Shown in pieces: positions 1-16,932 of a stretch of 64,000 nucleotides of DNA. The stretch lies in the NCBI RefSeq assembly GCF_009914755.1, contig NC_060930.1. One strand, given 5' to 3'. The notes under the pieces were generated by a model that saw only the letters and a list, made by a program, of their open reading frames with translations, was not told the DNA's origin and made no database searches. Numbering within the stretch: the first letter of the stretch is position 1; each line of letters starts with the position of its first letter. A program made the translations under genes and the position numbers. This DNA is from the human T2T-CHM13v2.0 reference genome, Homo sapiens.

Positions 1-949
1 AGCTGTGGATGGCTGTGCTCTTCCAGCCTTCCTTCCACCTCACCCAGGAAGAGGGGTCAGGGCCAAGAGCAGTGCAGATGTGAGCCATGAAGGAGCAGAG
101 GCAACGGAAAGGGGCGGGAAGGTGAAGGGAGAGATGATCTGATGGAGACCACGTGGGGCTGGGGGAATTGCAAGGGAAATCAGAGGAAGGGGCTGGCAGA
201 CTGGAGTGACAGTCATGTTTGCTTTTTCCTAATTAATGCAGTTTCCTTACAAACCCCCTGCTGATTCCCAGCTGGTCGACTCAACCATAACAACATGTGG
301 CCTGCCCTGCCTAGGCCAAGAACTGAGGCTTGAGTCTCCCAAGAAGGGTCTGGTTTCATCTGCAGCTGCTGCCTTCCTCCGCCTCAAGGGCTCTGTCTGG
401 ATGAAGGAAGGGACAGCACCTTAAGCTGGGGAGAGAACTGCAATGGGAACGGCCTGGGCCTGGCCGCTTTGGGCTGGCCTGGTGACACACCTCTGTTTCC
501 TATGACCTTTAAAAAGGGCAGTTCCCTCCTGTTAGAGCTCCTGCCTCCCAAACAGGTATGAGCGGGGGTGGGGTGGGGAGTCCTTGGACAAAGAACCCCT
601 TGCCTGGTGGTGGCTGCTCTACAGGTGTGTCCTGCTTGACGCAATAGGCCTGGAAACAATAGGGGTGTGTCTAGAGTCTCTGCTAATTCAACATTTTCCA
701 TTGCTTTTTCAGTGCTGTTTGTCTTTTCACAAGGACTTTTACTCTGCCCAAGTTATTCATTCTATCCACACATTTGTTCATCATTTATTTTGCCAGTGAG
801 TATCAATTGAGGAGCTACTACGTGCCTTTTATAAACAAACGATGACGTGCACTAGTCAACACTCCAGGGGTGAAAGCTCTTGTCTGACAAAGAAACATTT
901 TGTAAACTCGATGGTTGCCCTGGAATTTACTTGCTCTCTCTCTTTTGTT

Positions 950-1055
950 TTAATTTAAAATTTTAACTTTTTCATTGTGAAATAAGACACACATCCAGGA
1001 AAAGTATATAAAACTTAAATGTACTGTATAACCGATTAATTATAAAGCAAACCTG
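950..1055 (-). mobile_element. Old L1M 3'-end fragment
   Basis: AT-rich ttttcattgtgaaataa...aaatgtac...attataaagcaaac resembles the antisense L1ME/MD 3' terminus. Confidence 0.45.
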
Positions 1056-1635
1056 ATTCATTTCTATGCTGGAGCATTAGGCTATGCAGCGCCCTAATAT
1101 GGATAATGAGGGAAAACACAAAAAAGAAGTGGAATTGGTGAGAGGTAGAGTTAGGGAACTTCAGATCCCAAAGCCTTCTGGGAAACTGAGGCCAGAGGAA
1201 GAAGGCCCCAACCAAAACTGCCTGCCACAGGGGAGGAGGCCTGCTGTGGCATTTGGGTGCACTCCCAGGCACGAGCCAGGATCCAATCCAAGTGAGAGGT
1301 TCAGGCTGTGATTGGGGCCAGTGAGGCCTGCTCAGCTCAGGTCTCTCCCAGTGTAAGCAAACCCTGGCCAGACATTTTTACAGAATGCCAGATGCCCTTT
1401 CTGAAAAGGCCACGATGTCCTTGTTATGCGAAGAGATGCACCCAATTCCTTTCTCCTGGTGTCCACATGCAGTTTTTTGTGTGTAAGGAAAAGGTTTTAG
1501 CTTCTTAGGACACTTTGGAACTATTGGCTATTTTTGCTAACACGCACAAAATGGCGCCCTAGGGAGACACTGTCTCCTGTGTACATCCCTGTGTGTCATC
1601 TGTTTCTTCCCCTATGAAGAAATAGATAAAGTCAA

Positions 1636-1782
1636 GCCCGGGTGAGGTGGCTCATGCCTGTAATCCCAGGACTTTGGCAGGCCAAGGTGGGATGATCGCT
1701 TGAGGCTAGCAGTTCAAGCCTACAGCGAGCTATGAATGTGCCACTGTACTCTAGCCGGGGTGAGACCCTGTCTTTAAAAAAA
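1636..1782 (+). mobile_element. Alu monomer (FAM/FRAM-like)
   Basis: ggtggctcatgcctgtaatccc...gagaccctgtct followed by an A tail; single arm. Confidence 0.85.
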
Positions 1783-1798
1783 TTTAAATTTAAATTTA

Positions 1799-2266
<468 letters not shown>

Positions 2267-2481
2267 TCATTGGTCCCTAGAGTGGCACGAGTTCAGTGTG
2301 TAGCCTCCTCCCTGCTCTGCTGTTCTTCAGTCTCACCCGCTTTTATCCTCAGCAATCCCCTCAAAGCCAATAAGCCCCAAAGCCACAGCAATATTCTTTT
2401 GAGCTCTAGCCTTTAGTATCCAACTGCCTACAGAAGTTTCTGTCTGGTTCTTCTGAAGGATCTTAAATGCACAGTGTCTAG

Positions 2482-2798
<317 letters not shown>

Positions 2799-3342
2799 AG
2801 CCATCATCACCTTCCTAATAAATGCCATCCCTGATGTTGGTCTCCTGGTCACTCACAGAGTCACCATCAACTGCCCTCCCCTCAATTTTCAAAGTTTTCC
2901 CACATTTCATAAATTTCAAAGTTACCTCATAATTTCCCCCTCTTCCTTGCTGTTTCAATTCCCACCACCTTCTATAGTACCTTGATTTTCCTATTGCCTT
3001 CAAGCTTCCCACCTCCAATCTGCTCTACTGCTACGGTTTAATGTTTCTTTTCTTTTCTTTTTTCTTTTCTTTTCTGCAGCCCTCCAGGAAGACCGTGCTT
3101 AGGTGGGGGTGGCAGGGGGTGCAGGGCATGAGAAGGCTGCAGGGCAGGCAGGACAGGGGCAGTCACAACACTCCTTCATTAATACTGTTCATGACTTGAA
3201 GAAACCTCTGAGTGAACTTTGGATCTGATGGTTTCAGGGTGAATTTATTAAAGTTGAGGGTATTCATATTAAAATAATATAAACTAGATTTTGCCTGGGA
3301 CATGGGTACTCATGCCATGTGGTATGTGCTCCACAGACAGCT

Positions 3343-3391
3343 TGTGTGTGCGCGTGTGTGTGTTTGTGTGTGTGTGTGTGTGAGAGAGAGA
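3343..3391. repeat. (TG)n(AG)n microsatellite
   Basis: Direct reading. Confidence 0.9.
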
Positions 3392-4479
3392 GCTGTTATA
3401 ACTCGATATTTGGAAAAATGCCATGTTTTTCCATTTGCTTACAGTTTCCTTTTGACCCCAGAGAAGACTTTTTTTTTTTTTAGCTCTATGAGCAGCTATC
3501 CAGAGAAGATTTTCTGATGCATTTGTCACTAGGAGCTGCCAGGTCATGGAACGTGAGAACCCAGGGGAGGAAGTGGAGCCGGCCTCTCTGCTTACTCCTA
3601 CTGGGTCATTGGGAGGCAGCTGGCCAGAACGGAGGGAGAGAGAGAATGTTTCTTTGCCCTTTTTTTTTTCCCATCTGACCTTTTAAAGGGACTTGTGCCC
3701 TGCTGCCTTCCTCTCAGAAACTGCATGCACGTTTGAATGAAGGCAGGGAGGGGGATGGGGGAACATGGACCATTAGGTAGGTATCCAGCACACTGCTTCC
3801 AGGCTAGGTTGGTCCCCAGATCTCTGTCGGGGTCCAGGGCTCAGGGCCATTCCATCACCTTAGATACCAGGGGTGTGTCTGAGGTGATGGAATGTTGCTG
3901 AAAACCTGTGTATTTCATCTGCCTCAGGCCCCTGAGTCTCTGAGATCTGAGGGTCTCTGATGGGTGGGATGGCCTCTCATTCTTACACCAGTTCTGGGAG
4001 GCAGGAAAGGGCAGGCAGAGGGGGTTCCTCTTTCTGGAATGAACCCCCCTACTCACACTAGCTCCAGAGAGGACAAGTGACTTGCCCAAAGTGACCCAGC
4101 AAGTCAGAGACAGAGTCCTATTCAATCAAATGACCTGACTTCAATCCCAGATAGAGATACTGCATTTGCTCTCTGGTTGGGAGGAAGGGATTTCTTGGGG
4201 GGCAGGATATTCCTGTTGTCCTATTCATTGTCACCTGCCGAGACTGAGAAGAACCTGCTCTGCTCCCTCAACCCTGGGTATGCCCAAGGAGCAGATGGAG
4301 GGGAAAGAGCAGAGTGGGGAAAGAGGGAGGGAGAGGCCAGGACAGGGGGAGGCCGAAAGAGAGGAAAGGGCTTGGGGACAGAGGGAGCTGGAAAATGAGC
4401 AAACAAAGTCCTGGAAAACAACTTGTATCCCCTTCCCGGCCTCCCTGCCTGCCTTCTCCACTGGAGACAAGTCATTTAG

Positions 4480-4612
4480 AATAATGAGTCATAATTTGAT
4501 TACATTGTCTTCCAGCCTCGCAAGGTAAACAAGGATCTCCCCTGGAAGGAAGGAACGGGGTGGCCCAGGCTTCTGGCAGACTCCCTGAGCCTGGGCAGGG
4601 GTTTTCCCCTCC
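4480..4612. promoter_or_regulatory. Candidate AP-1/FOX/NF-kB enhancer
   Basis: TGAGTCA 4485-4491; GTAAACA 4525-4531; GGGGTTTTCC 4598-4607. Confidence 0.35.
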
Positions 4613-5020
4613 TGCAGTTGTCCCTCTCTTCCTGAGTGCGCTTGAAAGACACGTCTGGGTGGCTTCAGCCCCATGTTCCACTAACATTTACATTCTCTTT
4701 GTGTCTTCTGTCTGACCCCCCACTCCCCTCCCTGGTAATGTCCTTGCCCTGAAGCCTGCACACCACCATGTAAATATTTAAACCGATCTATTATTTCCTG
4801 TTTATTATCAGCATAAATCCTGAGTTCATTCATTGAGCATCTGTCCCCTGGTGTCTATCTCAGAAGGGGAGGCCTGAAGCCAGGGCCATATGTCCACTCT
4901 TTTCTAGGAGTACAGAGTCACTCAGGGCAACTGGATTGCTAATTTTGTCTTTTATTTATTTTATTTCTTTCTCCAACTTAAAAATTGTGGCAAAATATGC
5001 ATAAATTTTACCACCTTAAC

Positions 5021-5979
<959 letters not shown>

Positions 5980-6253
5980 TTCATATTGTTAGGCAACCAT
6001 CCCCACCTTCTATCTCCAGAATTCTGTTCATCTTATAAAACTGAAACTCTGCATTAATTTACACAAATTCCCCATTCCCTCTTCTTCCCCTTTCCCTGGC
6101 ACCACGCTTTCACTTTGTCTCTGGATTTGATGACTCTAGGTGCCTCATATAAGGGGAATCACTCAGTATTTGTCTCTTTGTGACTGGTTTATTTCACTTA
6201 GCATGATGTCCTCAGGTTCATCCATATTGCAGCAAGTGTCAGAATTCCCTTCC

Positions 6254-6637
<384 letters not shown>

Positions 6638-6714
6638 TAGCTGTTGTGAATAAGCTGCTATGAACATAGGTGTACAAACCGGCTTTCATTTTTTTATTAT
6701 TAAAGCCTATTTTT

Positions 6715-6910
6715 TATTGATTGCTTATTATGTGCTCAGGACTGTGTAGACTTAATCATTTAATTGTCACAAGTACCTCCTAGGTGGCAACTATTCTCTC
6801 CATTTTATGAATGAAGAAATTGAGGCTCTGACAAGCCAAGTAATTTGTCCGAGGTGACGAAAGGGGAGAGCCAGAATGAGCACCTGCTCCTGTTCTTTAA
6901 CCACCATTTT
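6715..6910 (-). mobile_element. MIR
   Basis: ccattttatgaatgaagaaattgaggctc...taatttgtccgaggt core. Confidence 0.75.
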
Positions 6911-7164
6911 ACTGAATTGTGTTGATGATGGACATGAAGATGAGGTCTTGGGGTATATTGCCTGCAACACCTCCCTCCCCTCTCCAACAGAAAGGGCAGA
7001 CTCTTCCCCTGACCATCTGCCCAGTGAGATTGGGAGTGAATCCATCCTGCCTGGATGATTCCATCAGCAAGGGCTCTCATTCCTGGCTGCTCATCAGCAT
7101 CAACCAGGGAATTAAAAGATGATGGCCTGGCCTCTCCCCGGAGTTAAACAGAACAGTTGAATTG

Positions 7165-7258
7165 AACTCTCTCAGGGCTGGAGCCCAGGCAGCAGCGTTT
7201 TTTAAAGGCTCCTTAAATGGTTCTATGTGCAGCCAGGGTTGAGAACCACTGGGCTAGA
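7165..7258. mobile_element. MER5A-like hAT-Charlie MITE fragment
   Basis: ttttttaaaggctcc...ttctatgtgcagccagggttgagaaccactg. Confidence 0.75.
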
Positions 7259-7432
7259 GGAGAGCGGAGGAAGACTACAGGAGAACTGGTTCCCTGTCCA
7301 GCCTCTTTGACTTTCCTTGTGAACTGCTCCACCGCTTTCCCAAGAGTGGCATTTGGCTATGAATGCCCTGAATCCCGTGACTCAGAACCCCTGGAGTGCC
7401 TCCCTTCTTTTCCTCCAGAGGTTCTGTTTGGG

Positions 7433-7444
7433 GTGTGTGAATGT

Positions 7445-7485
<41 letters not shown>

Positions 7486-7494
7486 TGTGTGTGT
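7433..7494. repeat. (TG)n microsatellite
   Basis: Direct reading. Confidence 0.9.
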
Positions 7495-8191
7495 CCCCTG
7501 TGTGACATAGGGCCCGGATGGACCTATCTGGACCAGCCAGACCCTAGAATGAAAACAAGTTGCTGACAGCCCTCAGGCCGCCAGAAATGAATTTCCGTCA
7601 CCTCCCAATGAGGGGTGAGGGAACTGAGGGGGAGGGCCGGGGTCAGTGCGTCATCAGAGGGTGGGGAGAGGAGGAGGGGAGTACACAGGCCCCACAGGGC
7701 GGGGTCAGGGAAATTAGCCTCTGGGCCTGCCCCGGCTCTTTTGCCTGTGACTGTGGCACAACTCCCGTGGTGTTTTGCCCCAAGCCCCACCCATCCTGAG
7801 TCTCCCTGAGCTCTGTCTAAATCCAGGGTGGTGTCCAAGCCTGGAGAATTTCCAGGTTGGGCTCTGCCCTAAGGCATCCAGCCTGTGGAGCTGCTTGAAT
7901 GGGGGCACGTTGGGATGAGGGGGATCAGTTAGCCTGTCCTGGGGATCTTCCTCCAAGCCAGCCTTGAGCCAAGACCTGTAAGATCCATGTGGGCCTAGCA
8001 GCCTGCCAGCTCAGTGCCTACAGCAACATGGAGGAAGGGGCTGGGGGTGCAGAAGAAGACCTACCTTGGGCACTGGAGGACAGAGGTTCAGCCACTGCCC
8101 TCCTGTGTGCCCCTGTGCAATCACTTCTCTCTGCGCCGTGACATCTCCATGTGCGTTAATTATAAAGGATTAAAGGATTTGGCCCAGATCC

Positions 8192-8370
8192 CTAGTTCCC
8201 AAATTCAGTTGCGCTTTGGAATCTTTCGGGGAGCTTTAAAAACTACCATTGACAATTTCATCCTCCAGAGATGCTGATTTAATTGGTGTAGTTTGTGGCC
8301 TGAGCATCAGGAGTTTTAGAAGATCCCCGAGTGAGTCTAATTTAAAGCCACGTTCTAGAAAACTACTTCC
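8192..8370. mobile_element. MER5-family hAT MITE
   Basis: ggggagctttaaaa...ccagagatgctgatttaattggt...gcctgagcatcaggagtttt; palindromic MER5 layout. Confidence 0.75.
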
Positions 8371-8429
8371 TAGCCACAGATACATCATGGCACCCATAGA
8401 ACATGACAGTATTTGAACAACACACTGTT

Positions 8430-8595
8430 TCTTAGTCGCTCTGTGCCTCAGTTTCCTCATCTGTACAATGGGGATAATAATGGAACTTGCTTGGTAGGGT
8501 TGTTGTGAAGATTATATGAGCTAATGCAGAAAGGCATTGAGAAGAGCACCTGGCAAGTAGTAAAATGCTCAATAAATGTGAGCTGTTTTTATTAA
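8430..8595 (+). mobile_element. MIR
   Basis: ctctgtgcctcagtttcctcatctgtacaatggggataat...ctcaataaatg. Confidence 0.85.
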
Positions 8596-9188
8596 TTACC
8601 CTCTGGCTCTGCTCCAGATCTGGCCCAACTTCCACCCTCTGTCTTATCTCTCCATGTTCACACACCTCACCAAAGCGACTCAACCTGGTAAACATTTACT
8701 AGGGGTCCTCTGTGTGAACCATGCTGTGCCAGGCATTGAAGAAGGGATGTGGTGCATTTGGAATCACCTATGAAGCCGGGGACCCAGAGATGCATAAAAC
8801 AGGTTTTTGCTCTCAAGACCCACAATCCAGGCCGGAAGAGGCAAGCATGGAAACAGACCTGGCAGAAACACTTCAGGGCTGTTTAATACAGAGGATACTG
8901 TCACTCTTTCTGCTTTCTAGGGACATGGCATGGTTCCTCTTGGGGAAATGATTCTTTTGTGGGGAAATCACAGCAATGGGCCCTTTGTGCGAAAAAGGCA
9001 TGGCTTGACTATGTGAAGATGAAGTCAAGACAGTGATAATTTTGCATAAGATTTGAGGAAGCTGGCATCTATCTCTGAGACAACTGGCCAGAGAGGAGTG
9101 GAGATGGGGCCCTCGGAAGAGGGCCAGTGGGTGAGGACTACCATCAAATAAATCTCCAGGCAGAATTAAGCCTCATCTTGATTTTTAA

Positions 9189-9522
<334 letters not shown>

Positions 9523-9809
9523 TTTTAAAATTTTAAGAGTGTGAAAGTATATATAATGAAAAGTCTCCCTCCCCTTCTCCCCTCACCAGATTCTTATGTG
9601 GTTTCCCAGAGATATTCTAGGTATACGCAGCAAATGTATATCAACATGTTTTCACTTCCCCCACTCCCACACCCTCCCCCTTTCTTTGGTAAATATGCCA
9701 TTCACAGTATTCTGCACCTAGCTTTGTATTTACTCAGCATTTGCTTAGCACTGTATTTACTTAGTGAGCATACCATGAGCAGCAAGAGCTTCCTCGTTAT
9801 TTTTTCTGT

Positions 9810-10223
<414 letters not shown>

Positions 10224-10277
10224 TAATAACAGGGAAATGGTTTAACATACTAGGGTTGGTTTGCCTAAGCCATTGCT

Positions 10278-10333
10278 CTCCAGCCTGGGTGACAGAGCGA
10301 GACCCTGCCTCAGAAAGAAAAGGAAAAAAAAAA
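10278..10333 (+). mobile_element. Severely 5'-truncated Alu 3' end
   Basis: ctccagcctgggtgacagagcgagaccctgcctc followed by an A-rich tail. Confidence 0.85.
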
Positions 10334-10449
10334 TGGTTTCACTGTACATAATATATGTGTGAAGTGACCATAAACACTAGAAACATCTAGAAATACTAGA
10401 ACTATATTTCAGAAGAATGTAGTTTGATATTTATTGAGTATAAAATTTT

Positions 10450-10590
10450 CTTTTTTTTTTTTTTTTGAGACAGTGTCTGAGTGCAGATCTTGGCTTACTG
10501 CAACCTCTGCCTCCTGGGCTCAGGCAACCCTTCCGCCCCAGCCTCCTGAGTAGCTGGGACTACAGGCGTGCACTATCACGCCCAGCTAAT
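10450..10590 (-). mobile_element. Alu right arm (AluJ/FRAM-like)
   Basis: Antisense monomer; TSD agtataaaa(g)tttt at 10437-10449 and 10591-10604. Confidence 0.88.
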
Positions 10591-12029
10591 AGTATAAAAG
10601 TTTTGTGCACAGTGTAACAAATACAATTTTTACAAATCTGCTTTGAAAATGTGGTGGTCATTTCTTCGGGTTTCATACTATTTACTTCATCCATTGCATT
10701 TTAAATAGCTTTGTGTCTTGTAACAGCTCGGTTCATCTAGTCCTGGAGTCTAGCTCCAGTCAGCCCACTTTTACCTGCTTGGTGAGGACACCAGAGCCTG
10801 CTTCCTCTTCCATTACTGTTATTAAGATTCCAGTTGCCAGATGTTCCTCCTCTCCAGTCAGGTCAGCTATGAGCAAAGTGTCATCAAACACGGCAAAGGA
10901 AGTTGCAGCTGGGTAAGTTCTAGTATTCAAATAACTTCTCTTCTTAACTTCTGCTAAAATAGTCTCTTTCTAGCAACTTCAGGCAACTGTACATTTTAAA
11001 AAGCTGCTTACAAAGCAAATGTGCAGGCATCCAAAATGCTTCCATAATAGGCAAATGAGAGAGGCGAATGAGATCATAGCATAGAATTCAAGCACGCTTT
11101 CCTGGAGAAATGCATAAATTCCTTTTCTGAATTATCTGTGAATTTTCAGTGATATCTTCAGTGATCTGGCTAGTGGCTTGGATCTCTTCTCCAGGAGGTC
11201 CAGACTGAAATCTCAGTGGAACACAAGGGTGGCAGAGCCCCAGTGGGAGCCACAGATCCTTTATGGAAGCATCTGTGGATGGTGCTGCAAACTCTGCTTT
11301 AACCTTACACATTACTGTAGTATTTCCCAGCTTCACTAAAGGAGAACCGACTGCAGTACTAATTGAACCTGTGTTGACAGTTGTGGTTCTGAATTCACCA
11401 AGTTCTCTTTCATCAGCAAGGCAGATCTCTTTCAGAAATCTCCTGTAATTACCAGAGGTTCCGTGGTTTTGAACCCAGCTACCATCTTCCCAGTGCCAAC
11501 TGTCCCCTCATTATTGTGATTTTTTACAGCTGCACGGTGTTCCACTATGTAGACGTACCAGGGTTTATTTACCCGGACTCCTGTTGTTTCACCTTGGTGT
11601 TGAACTTGCTTCCTGCTCTGTGCTGCGGTTTCCCACCATACAGTGAACCTTCAGGAAAGTCTGACGCATAGATGTGGGCTTAGGGGCAGATTGCCATAAA
11701 GCAGAGGGCTTCCGTGAGGAAAGGCTTGGGAGAACCCCCAGGTTTAGCCCTCAGAAGCGCTGAGAAGGGCTTGGCACCTTCCACAGTCTATGGGTGGGGG
11801 CACCAGCCTTCCTACTGGGTGTTACAGGAAAGGGTAAGTCAAGGAGGCCCAAGGTCAAGAAGTCATCCAGATTGGAGATGCCCGGGTTGCTCAAATAATG
11901 GCAACATGTGGTGCCTAATTAGAAATTCAGACAAAGATAATAGTACAGGCAGAATTCAAGGTCATAGAATGCCACAGCCGGAAGGGGCCTCAGAGACCAC
12001 TGAGTACTCCTCCTTAGAGTCATAATAAT

Positions 12030-12340
12030 ACAGAGTTAAAATTTATTGAGCCTTGCATGCTCTGTAGCATTCCAAGTGCTTTTTATCTATTAACTCATTT
12101 AATCCTCACACTATTTGAAGAAACCGAGATGCAAAGAAGATACAGCCAGGTTCACAAAGCCGGTACGCAAAGCGCTGGGACTGAAACCCCAGGAGCTTGT
12201 CTGGGGCCTATGCTCTTACCCTTCACGCATTCCACCTCTCTACACTGCTGAGGAGACTGAGCCCAGGGGGATGTCACTCAGCTCATTGGTGGCAGAGCCA
12301 GGGCTAGAACCCAGAAACCCTTTAGGTCCTCCCTCCAACA
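12030..12340 (-). mobile_element. MIR fragments
   Basis: atttattgagc...aactcatttaatcctcaca...gaggagactgagccca...ggcagagccagggctagaacccag. Confidence 0.65.
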
Positions 12341-12837
12341 CACTGCCTCAGTTTGCCTGATGGGCTCGGAGGGGCCACAGCGAGGCAGGGGCAGGAGTCA
12401 GCAGGGGTGTGGCTCTGGGGATGAAGAGAATGGCTGTGATTCCGCCAGAAGAGTGGTGGGGCAGCCTGGTGCCTGCAGACAGGCAGACCCTCTGATATTA
12501 CAGGTGGGTCTGGGATGTGTCTTGCAGCCCCCTGATGTTGACTCTCTTAATACTCTCTCCAACTGTGGTTTGTCCCCTCGGTGGTGTTTCTGTGGCCTGA
12601 ACTGGCTCCTTGCCCTGTCTCCAGGCCCATTAGTTCCTCTCTCCCCACCTGTCATCAGCAGCATCACTTTACCAGATAAGCAGGGCCCACCCACAGTGTT
12701 TTTGGGGCAGCAGGGAGAGCATTTACTCAAGAAACACAAAGAAACCACATGCAGGGTAGAACTGTGTACACAATGAGGACTCCATAAATGCTCTCAGCAT
12801 CTCCTGCTGAGGTGTAATGATAGAGACTTGGTAGTGA

Positions 12838-13736
<899 letters not shown>

Positions 13737-13939
13737 TAGGCACCCATCAAGTTTGTGGGACCAATGAGTGAGGCCACCAGCCTACCATTCTGTGTCTTGG
13801 ATGAAAGCTACATCATCCTCTATTCTCTGTCTGGCCCTCACCCAAGTCTCCCTCCTCCCCCTCCTCCCCCTCCTTCCCCTCTTCCCCCTCTCCTTCCTGA
13901 CTCCCAAAGGAACTTGTAGTTTATCCAGCCTGTCTTTTT

Positions 13940-14075
13940 TAGTTTTAAACAGCTTTATTGAGATATAATTCACATATCTCCCAACTCACCCACTGAAAGT
14001 GTACAATTCAGTGGTTTCAGTGTATTCACAGACTTGTGCAACTGCCACACAATCCGTTTTAGAGCGTTTTCCTTA
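13940..14075 (-). mobile_element. L1MB 3'-end fragment
   Basis: cagctttattgagatataattcacata...aaagtgtacaattcagtggttt. Confidence 0.8.
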
Positions 14076-14289
14076 CCAGCCCATCTTTTGGCAGCACCCA
14101 TTCTGCTCAGCTTTCAAACACCCACAGGTCTCCTCAACTTAGAAAGAGCCTCCCTTGACCCTGGTCTGCACTTTCTGGACATTGTGCAATATGTTTCCCT
14201 CCTTCCGTGACTAAACCACTTGAATGAGTGGTTCACACCCACTGCCTTCATTTTCTCAGAATCAGTAAACATTAGGAAAAGAATGTCTA

Positions 14290-14485
14290 TGAGGTACGAT
14301 GCAAGAGCTTTTCATATATATCATCTCATTTAATCCTCTAAACACTCTGTGAGCTGGGGATTATTTTCACTCTTTTAGAGGTGAGAAATCCAAGGCCAAG
14401 AGAAAGTGACTGGCCCAAAAGACTTGGCCAGGATTTGAACCCAGGTCTATGTGAGTCCAGAGCCAGTGCTTGCTACACTGCCTGT
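14290..14485 (-). mobile_element. MIR
   Basis: atctcatttaatcctc...ttttagaggtgagaaa...ggatttgaacccaggtct. Confidence 0.8.
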
Positions 14486-14899
14486 TGTCCCTGTGGCCAG
14501 TACAGCTGCGAGGTCCAGCTGTTGACCTTCACACTTGTCACTTGCAGGTGCTCCTTGCATCCCATCACCCTTCAAATGACCTTCCTGTTCCAACAAGATT
14601 GGTGCCCTTCATGCTGGGTTCATTCTCTCCAAGCCTTTGTTCAAGCCGGTCCTTCCACCTGGCGCCCTTTTCCTTCCTCTTTTCTACCTTGGAATATCTG
14701 AAAATTCCCTTAAAAAAAAAAAAAAGGTCTGGCTCAGATCTCCGTACTTTCTCCACAAGAGCTCCCTGTATCTTTGACTCAGCCTGCCTGCTCTCTGGGC
14801 CTAAAGCTCGCTCTGTTCCTTATCTAACAGCTTGGTTTTGTTATTGAAATCAAGGCTGCAGTTTTTAATCCCCTTGGACTCTGGAACCACATTGGTACC

Positions 14900-15199
14900 T
14901 TTTTTTTTTTTTTTTGAGATGGAGTTTCACTTTTGTTGCCCAGGCTGGAGTGCAGTGGTGTGATCTTGGCTCACTGCAACCCCCGCCTCCCAGGTTCTAA
15001 ATGACTCTCCCGCCCCAGCCTCCCAAGTGGCTGGGATTACAAGTACCCACCACCATGCCCGGCTAATTTTTGTATATTTAGTAGAGACAGGGTTTCACCA
15101 TGTTGGCCAGGCTGGTCTCAAACTCCTGACCTCAGGTGATCTGCCTGCCTTGGCCTCCCAAAGTGCTGGGATCACAGGCATGAGCCATCTCACCCGGCC
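14900..15199 (-). mobile_element. AluS (Sq-like)
   Basis: Antisense dimer; TSD aYattggtacctt. Confidence 0.95.
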
Positions 15200-15704
15200 A
15201 TATTGGTACCTTATAACCTCCACCTTGCTGGGCTGTGAATGGAGCGGGTGTCCAGTAAGTTTTCTGAAAGAAAAGAAGAAAGGAGAGAAGAAATGGAGGG
15301 AGGGAGGAAGGGAGGGTGGAAGGAAAGGAGGAGGAAGGCAGGGAGACTAATGTCTGCGAGGTGATGGTGAGGGTCCCAGGAGATATGGCTGTGAAGGCGT
15401 TTTCAAATATGAAACCATTTTAAGGGCAAGGCAAAAATGATCTCTCAGCAAGGGGCCTCCCATATGCTGTGTGCTCAATGATGACTGCATTAAGTTGGCT
15501 GGCCCCTCATCCCTTGCTGGAGGTGGTGCTTGTGTCTTCTTTTGGCTGACGAGTCTCGGGAGAAGGGACCACATCTACTCCTAATCATTCTTCTGGGCTC
15601 AGTACAGGGCCTGACACAGAAGAGAGCCCTCCAAAAATGTTTAGTGAAAGAACAAATTCACTTGTGCTTTCCCAAATGCATCCTCAGGATACATACCAGC
15701 TCAG

Positions 15705-16690
15705 TTGCCTCATTCTTTCAAAAAATGTTTATTAAACACCTACTATGTGTCAAGCATAATTCCAGGTATTTGGGATACCACAATGAACAACACAGATTTG
15801 CCTGCCCACATAGATTTGACATTCTAGTGGGTGAGAGAGGAGATAAAGAGGAACGCATAAAAATAAGTAAATTATAGGGCATATTAGAGGCTGATAAAGG
15901 CTTTGGAAAATAAGAGTTGACTAAGATAAGGAGAGAAGACAGAGTGTCAAGGGAAGTGTGGTTACAGAAATAAATAGTTTGGTAAGGGTAGAGAGATTTA
16001 GGATCAAAAGCTAAAGGGATATGAGGGAGTGAGCCATGAGGATATTTGGGGGAAGAGCGTTCAAGGCAAAGAAAACAGCTGGAGCAAAGGCCGTGAGGCA
16101 GGAGCGTGCCTTGAGGGTTTGAGGCCAGTGTGGCTGGAGCAGAGGGACCGAGGAGAGTAGGGGGTGGAGAGGAAGGGGGCTGAGGTCAGATGGTGTGGTT
16201 CTGAAGGCCATTGTGAGGTCCTGGCTTTTCCTGTGAGTGGGAAGGGAGTCACTGGGGTGGGTTGGGCAGAGGAGGGATGTGGTTGGCTTAAAAAGAGTCA
16301 AATAGAACTCTGGTTACTAAGTGGAGAGTAGACTGTAGGGTCCCAGGGCAGGAGGGAAACCTGCAGGAAGACTGAAGTAGTCCAGGAGAGAGGGGCTGGG
16401 AGCTTGGTGCAAGCGATGGAGGTGGCTGGGAGTGGTGGGTCCTGAATATATTTCAAGGGTCGAGCCAACAAGATTTCTTGATGGTTGAAGGTGAGAGGGA
16501 GAGGTGTCAAAGGTGGATCCAAGATTGCTGGCCCGAGCTGTTGGAAGGATAGAGTTGCTATTAGTGGAGATAGGGAAGCTGTGGATGAAGCACGTTTGAA
16601 GGAAAAGATCAGAGGTTTGGTTTTGGCCATGTTGAGTCTGAGATGGGCTGGTGGGCTGATGCCTAGATGGCTGACTATTCAAGTCTGGAA
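15705..16690 (-). mobile_element. L2 fragment
   Basis: cattctttcaaaaaatgtttattaaacacctactatgtg...gagtgagccatgaggatatttgggggaagagc...ttttggccatgttgagtctgagatg, typical L2 3' region. Confidence 0.8.
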
Positions 16691-16861
16691 TCCTTTGATC
16701 TGGGTGAACTTACCACTTGAGCAGGGCTGCTGCTGTGCCCTTCCCAAGGCAGGTGGGTGCTGTTCCCATGGACTAGGACTGGGCAGGATTTGGGGTGGGA
16801 CTGCTTCTGAGGCTTGGTGTCCTCATTTGTAAGATTGACATAATAATACTCATTTTGGGGT

Positions 16862-16866
<5 letters not shown>

Positions 16867-16900
<34 letters not shown>

Positions 16901-16908
16901 TGTGTGTG
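16867..16908. repeat. (TG)n microsatellite
   Basis: Direct reading. Confidence 0.9.
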
Positions 16909-16932
16909 TATAGTGTTCAATGAGATAGTAGA

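Noticed and set aside
1547-1578. YY1-like CAAAATGGCG and small ggagaca-c-tgtctcc palindrome
   Set aside because: Single isolated motif, possibly part of an old DNA transposon; expected by chance.
11088-11336. RRP43-like ORF as a live gene
   Set aside because: Frameshift after codon ~11, further indels, no introns, and retrocopy hallmarks.
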